DNA of 63,924 bases, counting the filler, from Octopus bimaculoides (Eukaryota), in NCBI RefSeq assembly GCF_001194135.2. It is 5 parts of 5 records of this genome, joined end to end, with 100 filler letters (N's around TTAATTAATTAA, not from the genome) between each part and the next. Parts side by side here need not be neighbours in the genome. Positions count along the whole stretch, not along the records: positions 1 to 26,323 come from NC_068999.1; 4 more parts are not named here. The stretch is one strand, 5' to 3'. A program made the position numbers and the translations under genes. The notes beneath the pieces were generated by a model, which made no database searches, was not told the DNA's origin, and saw nothing but the letters and a program-made list of their open reading frames with translations. How positions within the stretch are numbered: the stretch's first letter is position 1; every line of letters begins with the position of its first letter. Of this stretch, positions 1 to 14,396 are shown piece by piece.

Positions 1-34
<34 letters not shown>

Positions 35-3000
35 CAAGATAAAGTTTATTTACTCATCTACTTATATAAAGTATAATTTGGCAAACAAAAATGTTGAATG
101 TCATTTTTGTATAGGATTTGACCTTTTCAAAATATTCTAGCATATGTGTTCGTTTGTCTCCAAATATACATTATATTCTGAAAATCTTTATGACTACAGT
201 AGGTGAGATAAATCGAAATCTAAGGGAAACAATTATAACTTTGCAGGTGTTAGATAAAGTGTGTTATACACACAATATAAATGACTTATCAGACATTGGT
301 TTTGCAAAATGTCTGTTATGCTTTAAATTAAATTGTTATAAACCAACTGGCGGTTTCTGACACTAGACCCTCAACATACACTGGATCTTATCGTTAGCCA
401 CCATCTTCTCGAATTGAGAAGGCTAAAGAAGGCTGAAATCCCGAGTACTGTGACTCGTACCGGCTTTAGCAGACAATTATCTCCCTCCATATATAAAAAG
501 TTGTTGTTTTATATTATATCAACAGTCCATATGACAGTTTCTCTCGCGGAGAGTAACGCAGCATCGTGCGATCTATCTCTCTTTCGACACTCGTGCATAT
601 GAATATATATATATATATATATATATAATTTTTCTCGTCTGGCCGTAAAGCCTTTTCTGTTTGTTTTCCTGTCTTGTTCTTTGTCCGCCACTACATTCCT
701 CCATCGCTAGATTTAATTTGCGTATACAAATTTAATCTGCGATCCATGGGACGAGCCGTTTTAGCGATGCGTCCTGCCCAAGCTCGTCGAAACGCCGGTG
801 TTAAAACGTGGGTGGCTGATGAAGGAGAATGTTCTCTATGTGGCTCGTGTGTTCTCGTCTACGTTTGTTTGCAATGTCCTGTACCCAGATATGCACCTAT
901 ACATACAGGTGGATGTCGGTATACACATACCTGTACGTATATATGCATATACTCATTTACTATTTGTTTTTTATATATATATATATACATACATACATAC
1001 CACACAAAATGGGACAAGGACGCAAAGCATCCAGGCAGTCATGTGATACCAAAAGGGGACAACACAACATTTAGATAGACGATACAAAGAAAACATGACG
1101 GGTGATTGGGAGTTTTCTTTCCTCAGTCGAGTTCCAGATTATCTTTGCAATTTCGGTTGGTTATACTCGATATATCTCCAATCTGGCCAGCCCCAAGGAA
1201 AAACTAAGCTAAGAGCAATAGATTTCTTGGAAGAAAGCAACGAATGTATACGAAAACAAGGACGGATAAAAAACGGAGAATGTTACACAAATACAAATCA
1301 GAGGACATAATAACCGGTGTCTTTCGACTCAGGACGAATTAAATTAAGTTGGCGTGTGTAGAAGTAAAGCCTTACGACAGAGGCACTAGATGTCACAGGC
1401 ACAAGGAGGGATATAGATTTTGCACGGACGGCGGCCAAACCAAGAAAGAAAGGATAGGCTTTACCGAACACTGGTCACAGAGTGAGAGAAGAGAGAGAGA
1501 TAGAGGCAGAGGGACAGAAGACATAAGGTGGGGTGAGGACATAAGAGACACAGTGAAGTGAAAAGAGGAGGCAAAGTGAGCATGAAGAGAAGGCAAGGAA
1601 ATGTGAGAGAAGTGGGATGAAAGAACGAAGTGTGGAATGAAGGAAGTAAACATGAAAGAGCTGATAGAAAGAAGGAAAGAATAAAAGAAAGGAAGAATAG
1701 AGTCGTACACGATTTAGATGAATATATATAGTTACATATAAGAGACCAATGTGTACGTACGCCGTTAAGATACCAGGATGTTTTCCTAATTTTCCTAACT
1801 TGAAACCAATGGTAGCTTTAATTCACAAATAAAGAAATCAGATTCACCAATCTGGTGTTGAGCACTCATTTTCATCGTTCGATATCTGGTTGTCTGGAGT
1901 CAGATCTGTCCACCATGTGTGGCTCTTCAAGGAACCGATGTGATTGACCTCATAACACTGACGCGCACTCGTTTCAAAGTCCAACCACGGTAAGTTCAAG
2001 GGTTCGACTTTAAGGAATTATATATATATATATATNNNNNNNNNNNNNNNNNNNNNNNNNNNNNNNNNNNNNNNNNNNNNNNNNNNNNNNNNNNNNNNNN
2101 NNNNNNNNNNNNNNNNNNNNNNNNNNNNNNNNNNNNNNNNNNNNNNNNNNNNNNNNNNNNNNNNNNNNNNNNNNNNNNNNNNNNNNNNNNNNNNNNNNNN
2201 NNNNNNNNNNNNNNNNNNNNNNNNNNNNNNNNNNNNNNNNNNNNNNNNNNNNNNNNNNNNNNNNNNNNNNNNNNNNNNNNNNNNNNNNNNNNNNNNNNNN
2301 NNNNNNNNNNNNNNNNNNNNNNNNNNNNNNNNNNNNNNNNNNNNNNNNNNNNNNNNNNNNNNNNNNNNNNNNNNNNNNNNNNNNNNNNNNNNNNNNNNNN
2401 NNNNNNNNNNNNNNNNNNNNNNNNNNNNNNNNNNNNNNNNNNNNNNNNNNNNNNNNNNNNNNNNNNNNNNNNNNNNNNNNNNNNNNNNNNNNNNNNNNNN
2501 NNNNNNNNNNNNNNNNNNNNNNNNNNNNNNNNNNNNNNNNNNNNNNNNNNNNNNNNNNNNNNNNNNNNNNNNNNNNNNNNNNNNNNNNNNNNNNNNNNNN
2601 NNNNNNNNNNNNNNNNNNNNNNNNNNNNNNNNNNNNNNNNNNNNNNNNNNNNNNNNNNNNNNNNNNNNNNNNNNNNNNNTATATATATATATATATGTTC
2701 ATATAGATATGTATGTTGTCATTTCCTTGGTTTCATTGTCGAATAGTATTATAACTGAGTGTATATTTTGGGTAGGTATATAATATAATACAAAAAATTA
2801 CAAGCTTACATTGGAATTATTTGTCAATATATGTGGCGTAAAAATATCAAAATATACAGAAATGATAGAAAATAGTTTACGACAAAAAAATGTAAATAAA
2901 CTCTGCTAAGTAACTCTAAGAAATTGGGAAACAATTTTAGTAAACATACTAATCATGTATATTCGTAGAATGCGATTTGTAATTCAGATTTCATAATGTC

Positions 3001-3374
3001 TGTGTTATTATAACGATACACATCGAGACAAACCATGTGTAAAACATATATATGTTTTTTATAACTAAATATATGTACGTGTTTGTATGTGTGTGTGGGT
3101 GTGTTTACGTGTATGTGTGTCAGTGTGTGCGTATCTGTGCGCACGCATTTATGTGCCATTGCTCAGTTTTATTTCAAGATTTCTTGTCAATAGAGAAAGA
3201 GTCAGTTTGTAAATTAGATCGAAGATGCCTTCATTGGAATTTCAGCAATAATCTATGCATGTATGTATGTATGTATGTGTGTATGTATATGTGCAGATGT
3301 GTATGTTTTGTTCTATGTATGTATGCTAATGCATTCGCTGCATATCCAGACATGCAAATTTATATTTAAATAGC

Positions 3375-3637
3375 GTTAGGATAATTCGATCCCGGTTATT
3401 TCGTCCTGGGTTATTTTGTCCCAATTCGTCGTTGATTAATTCATCCTCAGGTCATTTCGTTACTAGCCAATTCATCCCAAAATACTCTGAAGTGAGATTT
3501 TCGGGGGAAAGTTTAGAACAATCACTTTTAAATTAAAATTGCCGTTGAACAGTTTTAGATACTTTTTTACATTTCTTTAACCCCTATCTCTGTCTTTTCC
3601 CCCCTGTCTCTCTCCCCCTGTCTCTCTCCCCCTGTCC

Positions 3638-3704
<67 letters not shown>

Positions 3705-4950
3705 TCTCTCAAATATCTGCGCTGAAACAGTTTACGAACAATGATTTTCAAGCAAACCGAATTAAATTTATTCAACACGCCTACACATTAACATGACTAC
3801 TTGCAACATCATAACTTCAGAGAAAGAAAAAAATCAAAGAGATCGATCAAGAAAATTATATATACAAAAAGTGTAAGTGAAGATGGATTGAAGATATGCA
3901 GCAGGTGCGAAAATCGTGTGCGCAAAGCGAGACTTGATACAGATGAAAATGATAAAGAGCTCAAGAAGATTGGTATCCATAATCACTCATCAACTGCTGC
4001 AGAGGTAAATGCAGGGATAACAGTTTCAAGTATTAAAGTAAAGTCTATTTCATCTTGTGATGCCCCTCGCTCAGTTATCATTACTGAAGTTCAGAATTTA
4101 AACGACAGTACATTGTCACAAATACCTTGGTTTACTGTGCTGAATAGGACTATTTGAAGTTGGAGGCAATTTGATTCCAGCTATCCTGCCACACAACATA
4201 CAAACGTCGGGGTTTTCATTCCAAGTGAATACTCCTACACTGAAAATAAGGAATCGGTTTGACAGCGGTTTGGAAGAATCAAAACGAATACTAATATTGA
4301 CAATTGACGAAACACTCCGACGGTTACAATACAGGAACTGGGGACAAATAGAACAATTAAGTGTTGCTCTAGTATATATTATCAGGATATTGTCTATGAA
4401 CACCATATGGGGGAAATTCAGACCTTTAAGTTAGTTAAAATATTTATAATATTGAATGAGACCATTCTGTTGTAAAGCAAAGTGGTTCATTTCAAGTTGA
4501 CCGCAATTATTTCTCGTAATTTCAAAGACCAAATACTGGCGCTCTGGTAAAAGTCTCTGAATAATTGGTTTGGTGTGTTTGATTAAATATACCCTACTGA
4601 ATGAGTATACCTCTCCGCAAAAACCTCAACATCTAGGATAGCTTATTTTCATGAAAGAAGTACGGAATAATGTAGTTCTTCTGAGATTTGGTTTTTAATT
4701 CTTATAGGGCAACCAGAAGTAACGATATCCTAGAATGGGTCGTTATTCGTGCAATATTCTCTATAGTATTTACTGTAGACAGGTGTTCACTGACAGAATC
4801 ACAGAACCTGCGAAGCAATACTTATTATTGGTGCAATTTTATCTGCAAGGAACGGTATCATAATGTGATCTTAATTTCTTGGTCTTCAGAGGTGCTTTTA
4901 GGCAAACAACGAACATCTGACTCTTCAATCACTCCTAGTTAACAATTATT
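3375..4950 (+). mobile_element. Degenerate Mutator-like (FLYWCH + MULE DDE) transposon remnant
   Basis: Broken frames give C..R...ARLDTD...GIHNH (FLYWCH/WRKY-like zinc finger), SQIP..VLNRTI and RFDSGLEESKRILIL..ETLRRL (start of the MULE domain). Short ATTTCGTCC-type subterminal repeats lie at about 3385-3480. Outer limits are approximate. Confidence 0.7.
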
Positions 4951-5786
4951 TCCACGTGTTTGGTTATAAAATTTGATTTCAATTACACGGAAAAGAAACG
5001 TGATGTGATATTTTCAAACAAATTTAATTTAAAATAGGTTTGACTACAGTAAAAGTAAGAAAGCTACACACCATTCCCTCACGTGCTGCTTGATAGCAAC
5101 GTCTATTTAATTAGGTGCACTACACAGTTTAATTGTTCTTTGATCCTTAACATTCGCTCTTATACTCCTTATCGGTCATAAATAATAGATTTAATTGTAT
5201 TTCTTCAACTTGCTTTTCTGAAAACTTTGATATATGTCATCAGTAATTGACGTTGCAAACAACTCAATTGCAGAGATTCTTAACGCTACAATTTAAAACT
5301 TCCACGTAAATTTACCTCGAATGTAAAGCGAGGAAATCATACCTGAAATTACCGAATCCGGTTAGCAATTAATGTCGCATAAGAACGGAACATTTAGTGT
5401 TTATATACGAATGCAGATATATTATAAAATGATAAACAAGCAATAAACGTTCAAAGATAATCCAGAAAAAATATTTTTATTCTTTTAAATTTATGATTCA
5501 ATGCAAACATGTTTATCACGTTACAGATAATTACGTTATCTTTAGGATTAATCTTGAAGTAGAGTAAGTAATTATCTGGAATACTGGATATTGGAAAATG
5601 CATGCCAAGGGCAATTATTTCAAAGTATATATTGTACGATAAATAAAAAGGATTGCATTCCATTGATATTTTCCTTTTGATCTACTCATTTCGCCTGACG
5701 TGCACACGCACGTCCATTCATACATGCATACATACAAGCATAGATACACACACATACACACTCACACGAACACACACACACACACA

Positions 5787-5827
<41 letters not shown>

Positions 5828-7063
5828 NNNNNNNNNNNNNNNNNNNNNNNNNNNNNNNNNNNNNNNNNNNNNNNNNNNNNNNNNNNNNNNNNNNNNNNNN
5901 NNNNNNNNNNNNNNNNNNNNNNNNNNNNNNNNNNNNNNNNNNNNNNNNNNNNNNNNNNNNNNNNNNNNNNNNNNNNNNNNNNNNNNNNNNNNNNNNNNNN
6001 NNNNNNNNNNNNNNNNNNNNNNNNNNNNNNNNNNNNNNNNNNNNNNNNNNNNNNNNNNNNNNNNNNNNNNNNNNNNNNNNNNNNNNNNNNNNNNNNNNNN
6101 NNNNNNNNNNNNNNNNNNNNNNNNNNNNNNNNNNNNNNNNNNNNNNNNNNNNNNNNNNNNNNNNNNNNNNNNNNNNNNNNNNNNNNNNNNNNNNNNNNNN
6201 NNNNNNNNNNNNNNNNNNNNNNNNNNNNNNNNNNATATATATATATATATATATATATACTACATAAATACATAAAACTAAATACATCATGTTTTTGATA
6301 ATCGTAAAGTATTACTTCTAATTTCAAAATCTTGACCATTGATAATCATGCTTTTGTGGGTGATATTATATCGTATTTCTGCAGTGAACGCCTCGCAACA
6401 GTTAATATAACTTACAAATGTTATACGTCTATTAGATTCATCTTTAAACGTTTCTAAGGAATTTTATAACAATGGAACGATGTCTGGATTATTGCATGGA
6501 ACGTCTTGCAGTTTCACTGCTGTAAAATAATTAAACCAGATTGTGTTTCACTTGAGATATCAAAAAAAAAATCATTTATTGTAGTTGATGAGTTCATTGC
6601 AAATAAGGATTTCAACGGAGCTTATTGGAGTAACTGGTGTTATTTTTCCCAGCTTTAGAAGCCATTGAAGCAGCACTAGAGTGAATGTTAATGCACACAT
6701 TATTCATATATAGCTTTACCTTTCCAAACTTTATATATTGCTGCAGTAGAAAATAAGTGTTAGCTTATATAGGGTCTTCCTTTATGTTAATCAACTGGTA
6801 AAATATATTTTGGTATTCTTATAGCGTTATCACCCAACCACCCATATATATATATATACTTATATACATACTGTTGTATAGTGAAAACTGTACACCCCTT
6901 CCGGTAAAAAAAATACTGGTGTTAGCCAGCCATTATAAATTGACCAGTAGCTAGTGCAAGTAGACCGATTGAGAGTAGACGGTTGAGTCTCTTCTGATAT
7001 AGTAATTATTCTGTAATACTAAATGGGCGTTATAACAATCCAAAGTATTGAGGATAATAACAT

Positions 7064-8040
7064 TGTACGACCGGGGGGTCCTGGAGTGCCAGAGAGAACA
7101 ATTCTATTGACGACTTCGGAATGAAATAATATCTGTAAGAACAACAACCGTCGTCAAAAGACAGATACAGTAGTGGCAAAAAAAACAACCGTTTCACAAC
7201 AGTGGCGACGAGGAAACACAGATTTAAGCAGAGTGAAAGTAAAACATCATCCACACATAGAGTTTAAACTAATTCAACGTGGATAATTAAATATCTCGAC
7301 ATAAATTAAAAGAGATCTTGTGCAAATTTTTAAAGTCGTAAGATATGGAAGACTTGTTAGCTAGGATAGTTGAGTTGCTAAAACAGCAACAAGAACAACA
7401 CAACGAGCAACGAGAAAAACAAGGATTACAGTAGCAAATGTTACAACTGATGCAGTTGAATAACCAAACTGGAGAATACATTTTCGCCTGACCATGTTGG
7501 AAATTCCATAAGCGAATTCAAAACTGAACCCGAAAAAGTAGTAACATCCGAGGCTTACTTTCGAAGATTTCAATAGATTTTTCAAAAAGAATGTCAAGAT
7601 TGAACGGGCCAGATGAAAACGCGTCTAGCTTTAAGAAAAGTAGCTAGAGCCGAACACGTGAAGTATAGTAACCTCATATTGCCAGAAAAAGTGTCTGACA
7701 TAAATTTCACCGAACCAGTTGATATTCTGTACAAAATGTTTAGTGAAATGAGCCCACTATCTAATACTAGATGGAAATGTTTAAACATAGAAAAGAGCGA
7801 AGATGAAGACTTCACTACTTACACACGCAGAATCAACAAAAGAGTGTGAGAGATTTAGGCTACAAAATTTTAATCCAGATACTTTGAAGTGTTTGATTTC
7901 TTGCACAAGGATTGACAGAAGGAGTAGATGCACAAATCCAAACAGATATTCTATCAAACTGGAAATGAACCACAATTTGATATTGCAGTAACTGTCGGAA
8001 GGGTATGACCCGATATTAGAATTAAGGCATGACATGACTT
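7064..8040 (+). mobile_element. Ty3/gypsy LTR retrotransposon remnant (putative short LTR, PBS, decayed gag)
   Basis: ...CACAACA is followed by g TGGCGACGAGG at 7203-7213, a PBS complementary to the tRNA-Ser(GCT) 3' end. From the ATG at 7345, frameshifted gag-like peptides read EAYFRRFQ, KTRLALRKVARAEHVKYSNLILPEK, RWKCLNIEKSEDEDFTTY and KECERFRL...LKCLI. The LTR 5' limit is uncertain. Confidence 0.8.
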
Positions 8041-8140
8041 TGCCTCTCATCATTTCGGGGTCGATAAATTAAGTACCGGTTGCGTACATAATCCCCTGGC
8101 ATCCTCCCCAAAATGCTTGGGCCTTCAGGCTCGAGTAGAA
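8039..8140 (+). mobile_element. tRNA-derived SINE family B, 3' fragment
   Basis: Contains TTTCGGGGTCGATAAATTAAGTACC, the core shared with the full copy at 50671. Confidence 0.7.
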
Positions 8141-8539
8141 AAATATATTTGTATTAAGTTATTTGTAGTGTAGTAGGCTTTGTTTTATTTTTATTATTAA
8201 TATTTCAAGACTATAATTATCATCACGCCTACAAAATAACAGTTTCTGCATTATTTCATTTCTGATAGTTTTTTTTTTTTCTTTCGTATGTTTTCACATT
8301 TATTCTTATCTGCTAGTTCAGTACAAAACATCTTACGCTTAGCTGTTTTATATTCTTTACACTGCTTTGAAATGTTTTCACACAGTTATTTTCTATTACA
8401 ATATGAATCATTCATTATGAATACAAGTTGACATAACTCCCAACTAACAATAGGATATTCAACATTTAATAAATCATACATTTTCAGTCACCTATAAATT
8501 GTGAGTGTAAATTCCACCATTAACTGTACTTAGAAATGT

Positions 8540-8608
8540 CATTTCAAAAAGTAACAATTAATTATGTTTGCCAAAATCTCTTTGCAATACATTTAACACA
8601 TTGCGTCG

Positions 8609-8655
<47 letters not shown>

Positions 8656-9350
8656 TTTATCATCATTTTCATCGTCGTTAGTATTCTCTTTGTAATATTT
8701 CGTTGTGCTGGACTTCATCTTCGTCAACTTCGATCTCCTCGTCGACAATATCAGCATAAGCATAGTAAACGCCATCACCATGGTTACCACCACGCCGTTA
8801 GTATCATCATCATAAGGCCGTGAGCAGGCAAAAACGTTAGCACGCTGGGTAAACTGCTTAGCGTATTTCGCCCGTCATTGTGTTTTGTGTTCAAATTCCG
8901 CTGATGTTGAGTTTGTCTTTAATCCTTCCGGAATCAAGAAAATAAGTATCAATTTTACACTGGCGATCGATGTAATCGATCTATCTACTCCGTCCGAAAA
9001 AGCTGACTTTGTGCCGAAATTTCAAATCGTTATAATCCTCACGATAGTTATCTTCGAAACCATGAGTATCATCATCTCTTTTCTCCTCCTACTCCTCCAC
9101 CTCATCATCATCATCATCATAATCATATCACCACTATCATCAACATTCTCATCATCACCACAATGTCCAACATTACCACTAAAACCACCATCACCAATGC
9201 CGCCAACAACGTTTCCATTATCACCGTCATCATTATTATAGTCTTCATCATCATCGCTGTCATCCTCATCATTACACCATCACCACCATCATTATCATCA
9301 TCGTCATCATCACCACCACCATCCTGCCATCATCAATCTAATCCTCATTG
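8540..9350. repeat. Degenerate (CAT)n-rich low-complexity region interrupted by a SINE
   Basis: (CAT)n and (CAC)n runs are directly visible. Confidence 0.9.
8815..9030 (+). mobile_element. tRNA-derived SINE family B, diverged copy
   Basis: AAGGCCGTGAGCAGGCAAAAACGTTAGCACGCTGGG head, GTTCAAATTCCG B-box and decayed core; homologous to 50671-50909. Confidence 0.75.
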
Positions 9351-9469
9351 CTGGCATTATTTTGAATGAGTTCGATTTGGCTATTAGTGCGGTTGTCCAA
9401 AAAGACAGGCACAGTCGCTGTTTGCACTTGCAATTAGACAATGACATGTTAAATCTTGCGCAATAAATA

Positions 9470-9655
9470 TTCTTTTCTACTCTAGGCAGAAGGCCCGAAA
9501 GCTTGGGGTACGGAGCTAGTCGATTAGATCGATCCCAGTATGCAACTGGGACTTAATTTATCGACTGCGAATGGATGAACGCAAAGTGGACCCTGGCGGC
9601 ATTTAAACTTAGAACGTGAAGACGGACGATTTATCGCTGCCTTTCTGCGCAATAA
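9470..9655 (-). mobile_element. tRNA-derived SINE family B, diverged copy
   Basis: The reverse complement shows a TTCTAAGTTTAAATGCCGCC B-box-like motif, the GTCGATAAATTAAGT core and the GCCTAGAGTAGAAAAGAAT tail. Confidence 0.65.
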
Positions 9656-12600
9656 ATATTCTTGACTCACACACAGTATCTCCACTCCCAGAAATGAGTA
9701 AAACAGATTGGTGGTATTATTAACAGCCAATAACAAAAGAGCGAGACTTTCTCTATAATCAAGAAATATCCCAATTTGGCAGACAATAAACACTTTTGTG
9801 TCCTCTATATGCCCACAGTCAAGCGAATATAAGCTACATTACGCTATCTCCACCAGCTGAAGCGCGTAAGCATATTGAAAGGAGTAAATGGAAAATATTT
9901 CCAAGTTACGTTGCTATTAACCTTGGCGTATAACCTACTAACGTTTGTTGGTTATCATCCTAGAACTCATAAACTTGTCGCGTGTGATTTTAAAGTCACG
10001 ACTATTAATCATCATCTTTGTTTGTAACCAAAATAGCACACAGAATGTAGTGAGGGAATCCGTTTTCATATATGTATATGGTTCTGAATTCCTTAATAAA
10101 GCAATTTGTTGGAGTATTTCTTCATTATTTTATTTAAAACGAATACTTTTTCAAACTCCCTGAAATAAAAGTCTGGAATATTCGTATCAGTTCTGACGTA
10201 TCTTTAACATTAATCAGTGGTGATAATTAGGATAATCACGGCACCGACATTATCTTGACGATAATCTTACATTATTTTACAACAGAACATGAACGATAAT
10301 CCTTAAAAATCTTCATTCCTCTGTTCCGTGAAAAATTTATGAACCACTAAAGAAAACTCTATTTCTAACTATTATTCGAATTCCGTAAATGTGATGCTGT
10401 GTGGGTGATACAAGTTTATTTTTGTCTTCATATAACAGCAGAGAAATTAAAATTTAAAATTGTAAAAGAAAAAAAATATACACAGACTATGATTGATGCA
10501 AGAGGTTTTCCACCGTAAAAATGTTGAACAGTGACGACAAAAATTATCCACGATGACTGTCTGCCACAAAATTTATAACCTCTAATGAACATTCACGCTA
10601 AAATGTTTATCGTAATTAAAGACAATAACGTATTATCCTATTGTTGAAGAGTATCGTCTGAATCCATTCATTTCAATTCAATGTGTAACAACATGTTTCT
10701 AGAGAAATTTTCATCATTCCACTGTACACTCATGCATGTTTCTAATATGACGAGGCATTCCAGTATATTACTGGATCAATGTATATATTGATATAATTAT
10801 ACATACAGGTATGCATTTTTAAAAACATATTTTGACATTTTGTTTTATATCATCTGTGTGTGCGTGCGCGTGTGTGTACATATATACGTATACACATACA
10901 CACATATGTAATGTTAGGCAGAAGTAACAAAGTATCTCAAGGGCTTAAAGATCTGTGTTAACCCGCAAATTAATTACAGTTCAAAAGGTTATAAATTTAT
11001 ATAATTTTCCGTTAAGTGTATTTAAGTATGCATAAATTTTCCGTAATTGTTTATCTATGTATGTATTTAACGATCATCGTATTTGAAAACCATGAACATG
11101 AATTACGCATTTGAACATTCAATCTTATTTTTATAATTATATATCCAAGGAAACATCCTTGGATATATTATATAAACTTACAATTATATAAACTTACGAT
11201 TATTTGCTTTTTATCTCCATGCTTAGTTCTAACGCAGGAAACTCTCAGCCAATGAATCACGCTCTTACTTCTACCTAATATATAGTATAATGGAGAAAGC
11301 AGCTTATTAATTTGGTATGTAAGAATTGCTAAAAGTACTAAAAGAAAGCAATCATTAAAGGGCTGACCCATCTGGAAATATTTTTGTAAATTCCTTTTCT
11401 AAGAAATTTCCTATAGTTTCTATTTCTCAAGTTTACTGATTTTTTTAACTCCAATTTCTCGCAAATTTAAATATTCATTACATTCAGTGCATATAATTCT
11501 TCATACATCTAAAATTCCTTTTGCATTTACTGCGGAGAATTCCCTTTTCATTTGCATAGTCTCACACTTTATATTTTACGTTTTCATTCGCTATTCGCCA
11601 TGTGTATACGTAATGTAGAAACATTATTCATTGAATGGAATTGTTTTTAAATACACGTATAATTGTTTTTAAATACCCGTATAATTTCTGAATACAGGAT
11701 AGCTGTGAGAAAAGCCTAGAAAGTTGGTTAATTACTATTAAAAGACGAGGGGAAGAAAAAATTACCGACAAGTACTCCAGACTTGCACCTTATTCACATT
11801 TTCCAAACATTCTATACCACCAAGCAAATATATACACAAAGAAGTTGCATGAGCGACTTCAACAGTGACATACAAACGAATACACACTCGTGCACACACA
11901 TAGCTACACATACACATAAATGAAAGTGAATGAATGAATATATGTGTTTGTGTGTGTGTGTTTGTGTGTGTGTGGTTGTGTGTGTGTGTTTGTATGTGTG
12001 TGTGTGTGTGTGTGTATGCGTGTGTGCACAGTAACAAAATTGCACAACTTTTGTGGAGTTTTGTCTGTGAAAAGGTCACGATTTCAAAACGACGAAAATA
12101 TATTGACACAAGTGAAATTTTAATGTTGAAGTGAAATTAGAGAACCGATCAATTTGTGAATAAAAAGGGTACTACCTAAAAGTCTATTATTGGTAGTTTT
12201 CATCCCAAGACTACTTATATTATGCCTTACTGCCTCGTCTTTGCGTAAAAAAATATTCTCTATGTGATTATGTATTAAAACTTCGAATGTATCTGAAATG
12301 AAAATTGAATTGGTATTTCATCAATGCATTTGCTTCATTTAAATAGAATTTACTTCAATGATTCCCAGTATTTTCGGTAGCAAAGTCAACCATTTGGCTT
12401 TCACTGTTATTACAAAACTATATTAGCGATTAATATAGTAAATATTTAGTGGCCCACTCTTCTGGAGAATATAATATCTAAGCCAAATTGTATTTAGATC
12501 TACATTAATCAACATACGACGCTTTCCTGAAATCTAATTCTTTTCTAAGTCTTCGTGAATAAGCGAAATCCCTTCATCGAAAACCAAACGAATAACTCCT

Positions 12601-13056
12601 GTGTCAAACGTAAAATTGAAGCAAGATCATTCACTGTTTAATCTCAATGGCTTTATAAATTCTTGGATTACAATACTGTAAACAGATCGTTAGCTAAAAC
12701 TCAATAGTTGAGAAAATACCTGGAAACTTTATATGGCAATGTACCTTGTTAAAAGACGTGTTCATACTGTATGATACATAATATGCGAAGTTTAATGATA
12801 ACGTTGACTCTGAAAATAGGCAAACCTGAGAACGGTTGTAACAACACCAATTTATACAACCATAGAGGGACAGTTTTTTTAAAAAATATATTATGTAGAT
12901 GATAGTATATATATCTAATGTAATAAATACCGAAACTATTTTGCTTGTGTCAGTGTGTCACACCTTGACCTCTATCTCACTATTCAATGACAATTCTACT
13001 ATTCCTCACGATGGGGTGAGAGTAATAGTAGGCATAGCGACGGTGAGGGCGGTGGT

Positions 13057-13089
<33 letters not shown>

Positions 13090-13322
13090 TAAAAAAGAGA
13101 GGGACAGAAAGAGAGACTAAGAACCTCTGGAAGAGTTGATGATGTCTTATTAAAGGTAGTAGTGTTGATGATGGCAGCAGGAGAAAGAGAGAAAGAGTGG
13201 GTATGTGAGAGAAAGAGGGAGTAAATGTATAACTTTCTTTAATCATGTCTCTTTGAGAGACATTCCTGTGGCCAACATAATGAACACTATCATTTTTGAT
13301 TTCTTACACGCACACACACACG

Positions 13323-13362
<40 letters not shown>

Positions 13363-14210
13363 NNNNNNNNNNNNNNNNNNNNNNNNNNNNNNNNNNNNNN
13401 NNNNNNNNNNNNNNNNNNNNNNNNNNNNNNNNNNNNNNNNNNNNNNNNNNNNNNNNNNNNNNNNNNNNNNNNNNNNNNNNNNNNNNNNNNNNNNNNNNNN
13501 NNNNNNNNNNNNNNNNNNNNNNNNNNNNNNNNNNNNNNNNNNNNNNNNNNNNNNNNNNNNNNNNNNNNNNNNNNNNNNNNNNNNNNNNNNNNNNNNNNNN
13601 NNNNNNNNNNNNNNNNNNNNNNNNNNNNNNNNNNNNNNNNNNNNNNNNNNNNNNNNNNNNNNNNNNNNNNNNNNNNNNNNNNNNNNNNNNNNNNNNNNNN
13701 NNNNNNNNNNNNNNNNNNNNNNNNNNNNNNNNNNNNNNNNNNNNNNNNNNNNNNNNNNNNNNNNNNNNNNNNNNNNNNNNNNNNNNNNNNNNNNNNNNNN
13801 NNNNNNNNNNNNNNNNNNNNNNNNNNNNNNNNNNNNNNNNNNNNNNNNNNNNNNNNNNNNNNNNNNNNNNNNNNNNNNNNNNNNNNNNNNNNNNNNNNNN
13901 NNNNNNNNNNNNNNNNNNNNNNNNNNNNNNNNNNNNNNNNNNNNNNNNNNNNNNNNNNNNNNNNNNNNNNNNNNNNNNNNNNNNNNNNNNNNNNNNNNNN
14001 NNNNNNNNNNNNNNNNNNNNNNNNNNNNNNNNNNNNNNNNNNNNNNNNNNNNNNNNNNNNNNNNNNNNNNNNNNNNNNNNNNNNNNNNNNNNNNNNNNNN
14101 NNNNNNNNNNNNNNNNNNNNNNNNNNNNNNNNNNNNNNNNNNNNNNNNNNNNNNNNNNNNNNNNNNNNNNNNNNNNNNNNNNNNNNNNNNNNNNNNNNNN
14201 NNNNNNNNNN

Positions 14211-14260
<50 letters not shown>

Positions 14261-14353
14261 GTGTGTGCGTGTACATAAATAACCAGACAGATGGAGAGAG
14301 TGAGATACACTGACATGTATGTATGTGTGCGTTTGCGTGTTTACACATATATA

Positions 14354-14396
<43 letters not shown>

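Noticed and set aside
674-1078. 134-aa ORF with a Cys-rich stretch (CSLCGSC..CLQCP)
   Set aside because: The second half is microsatellite-derived, and the Cys spacing does not match a zinc-finger family I recognise.
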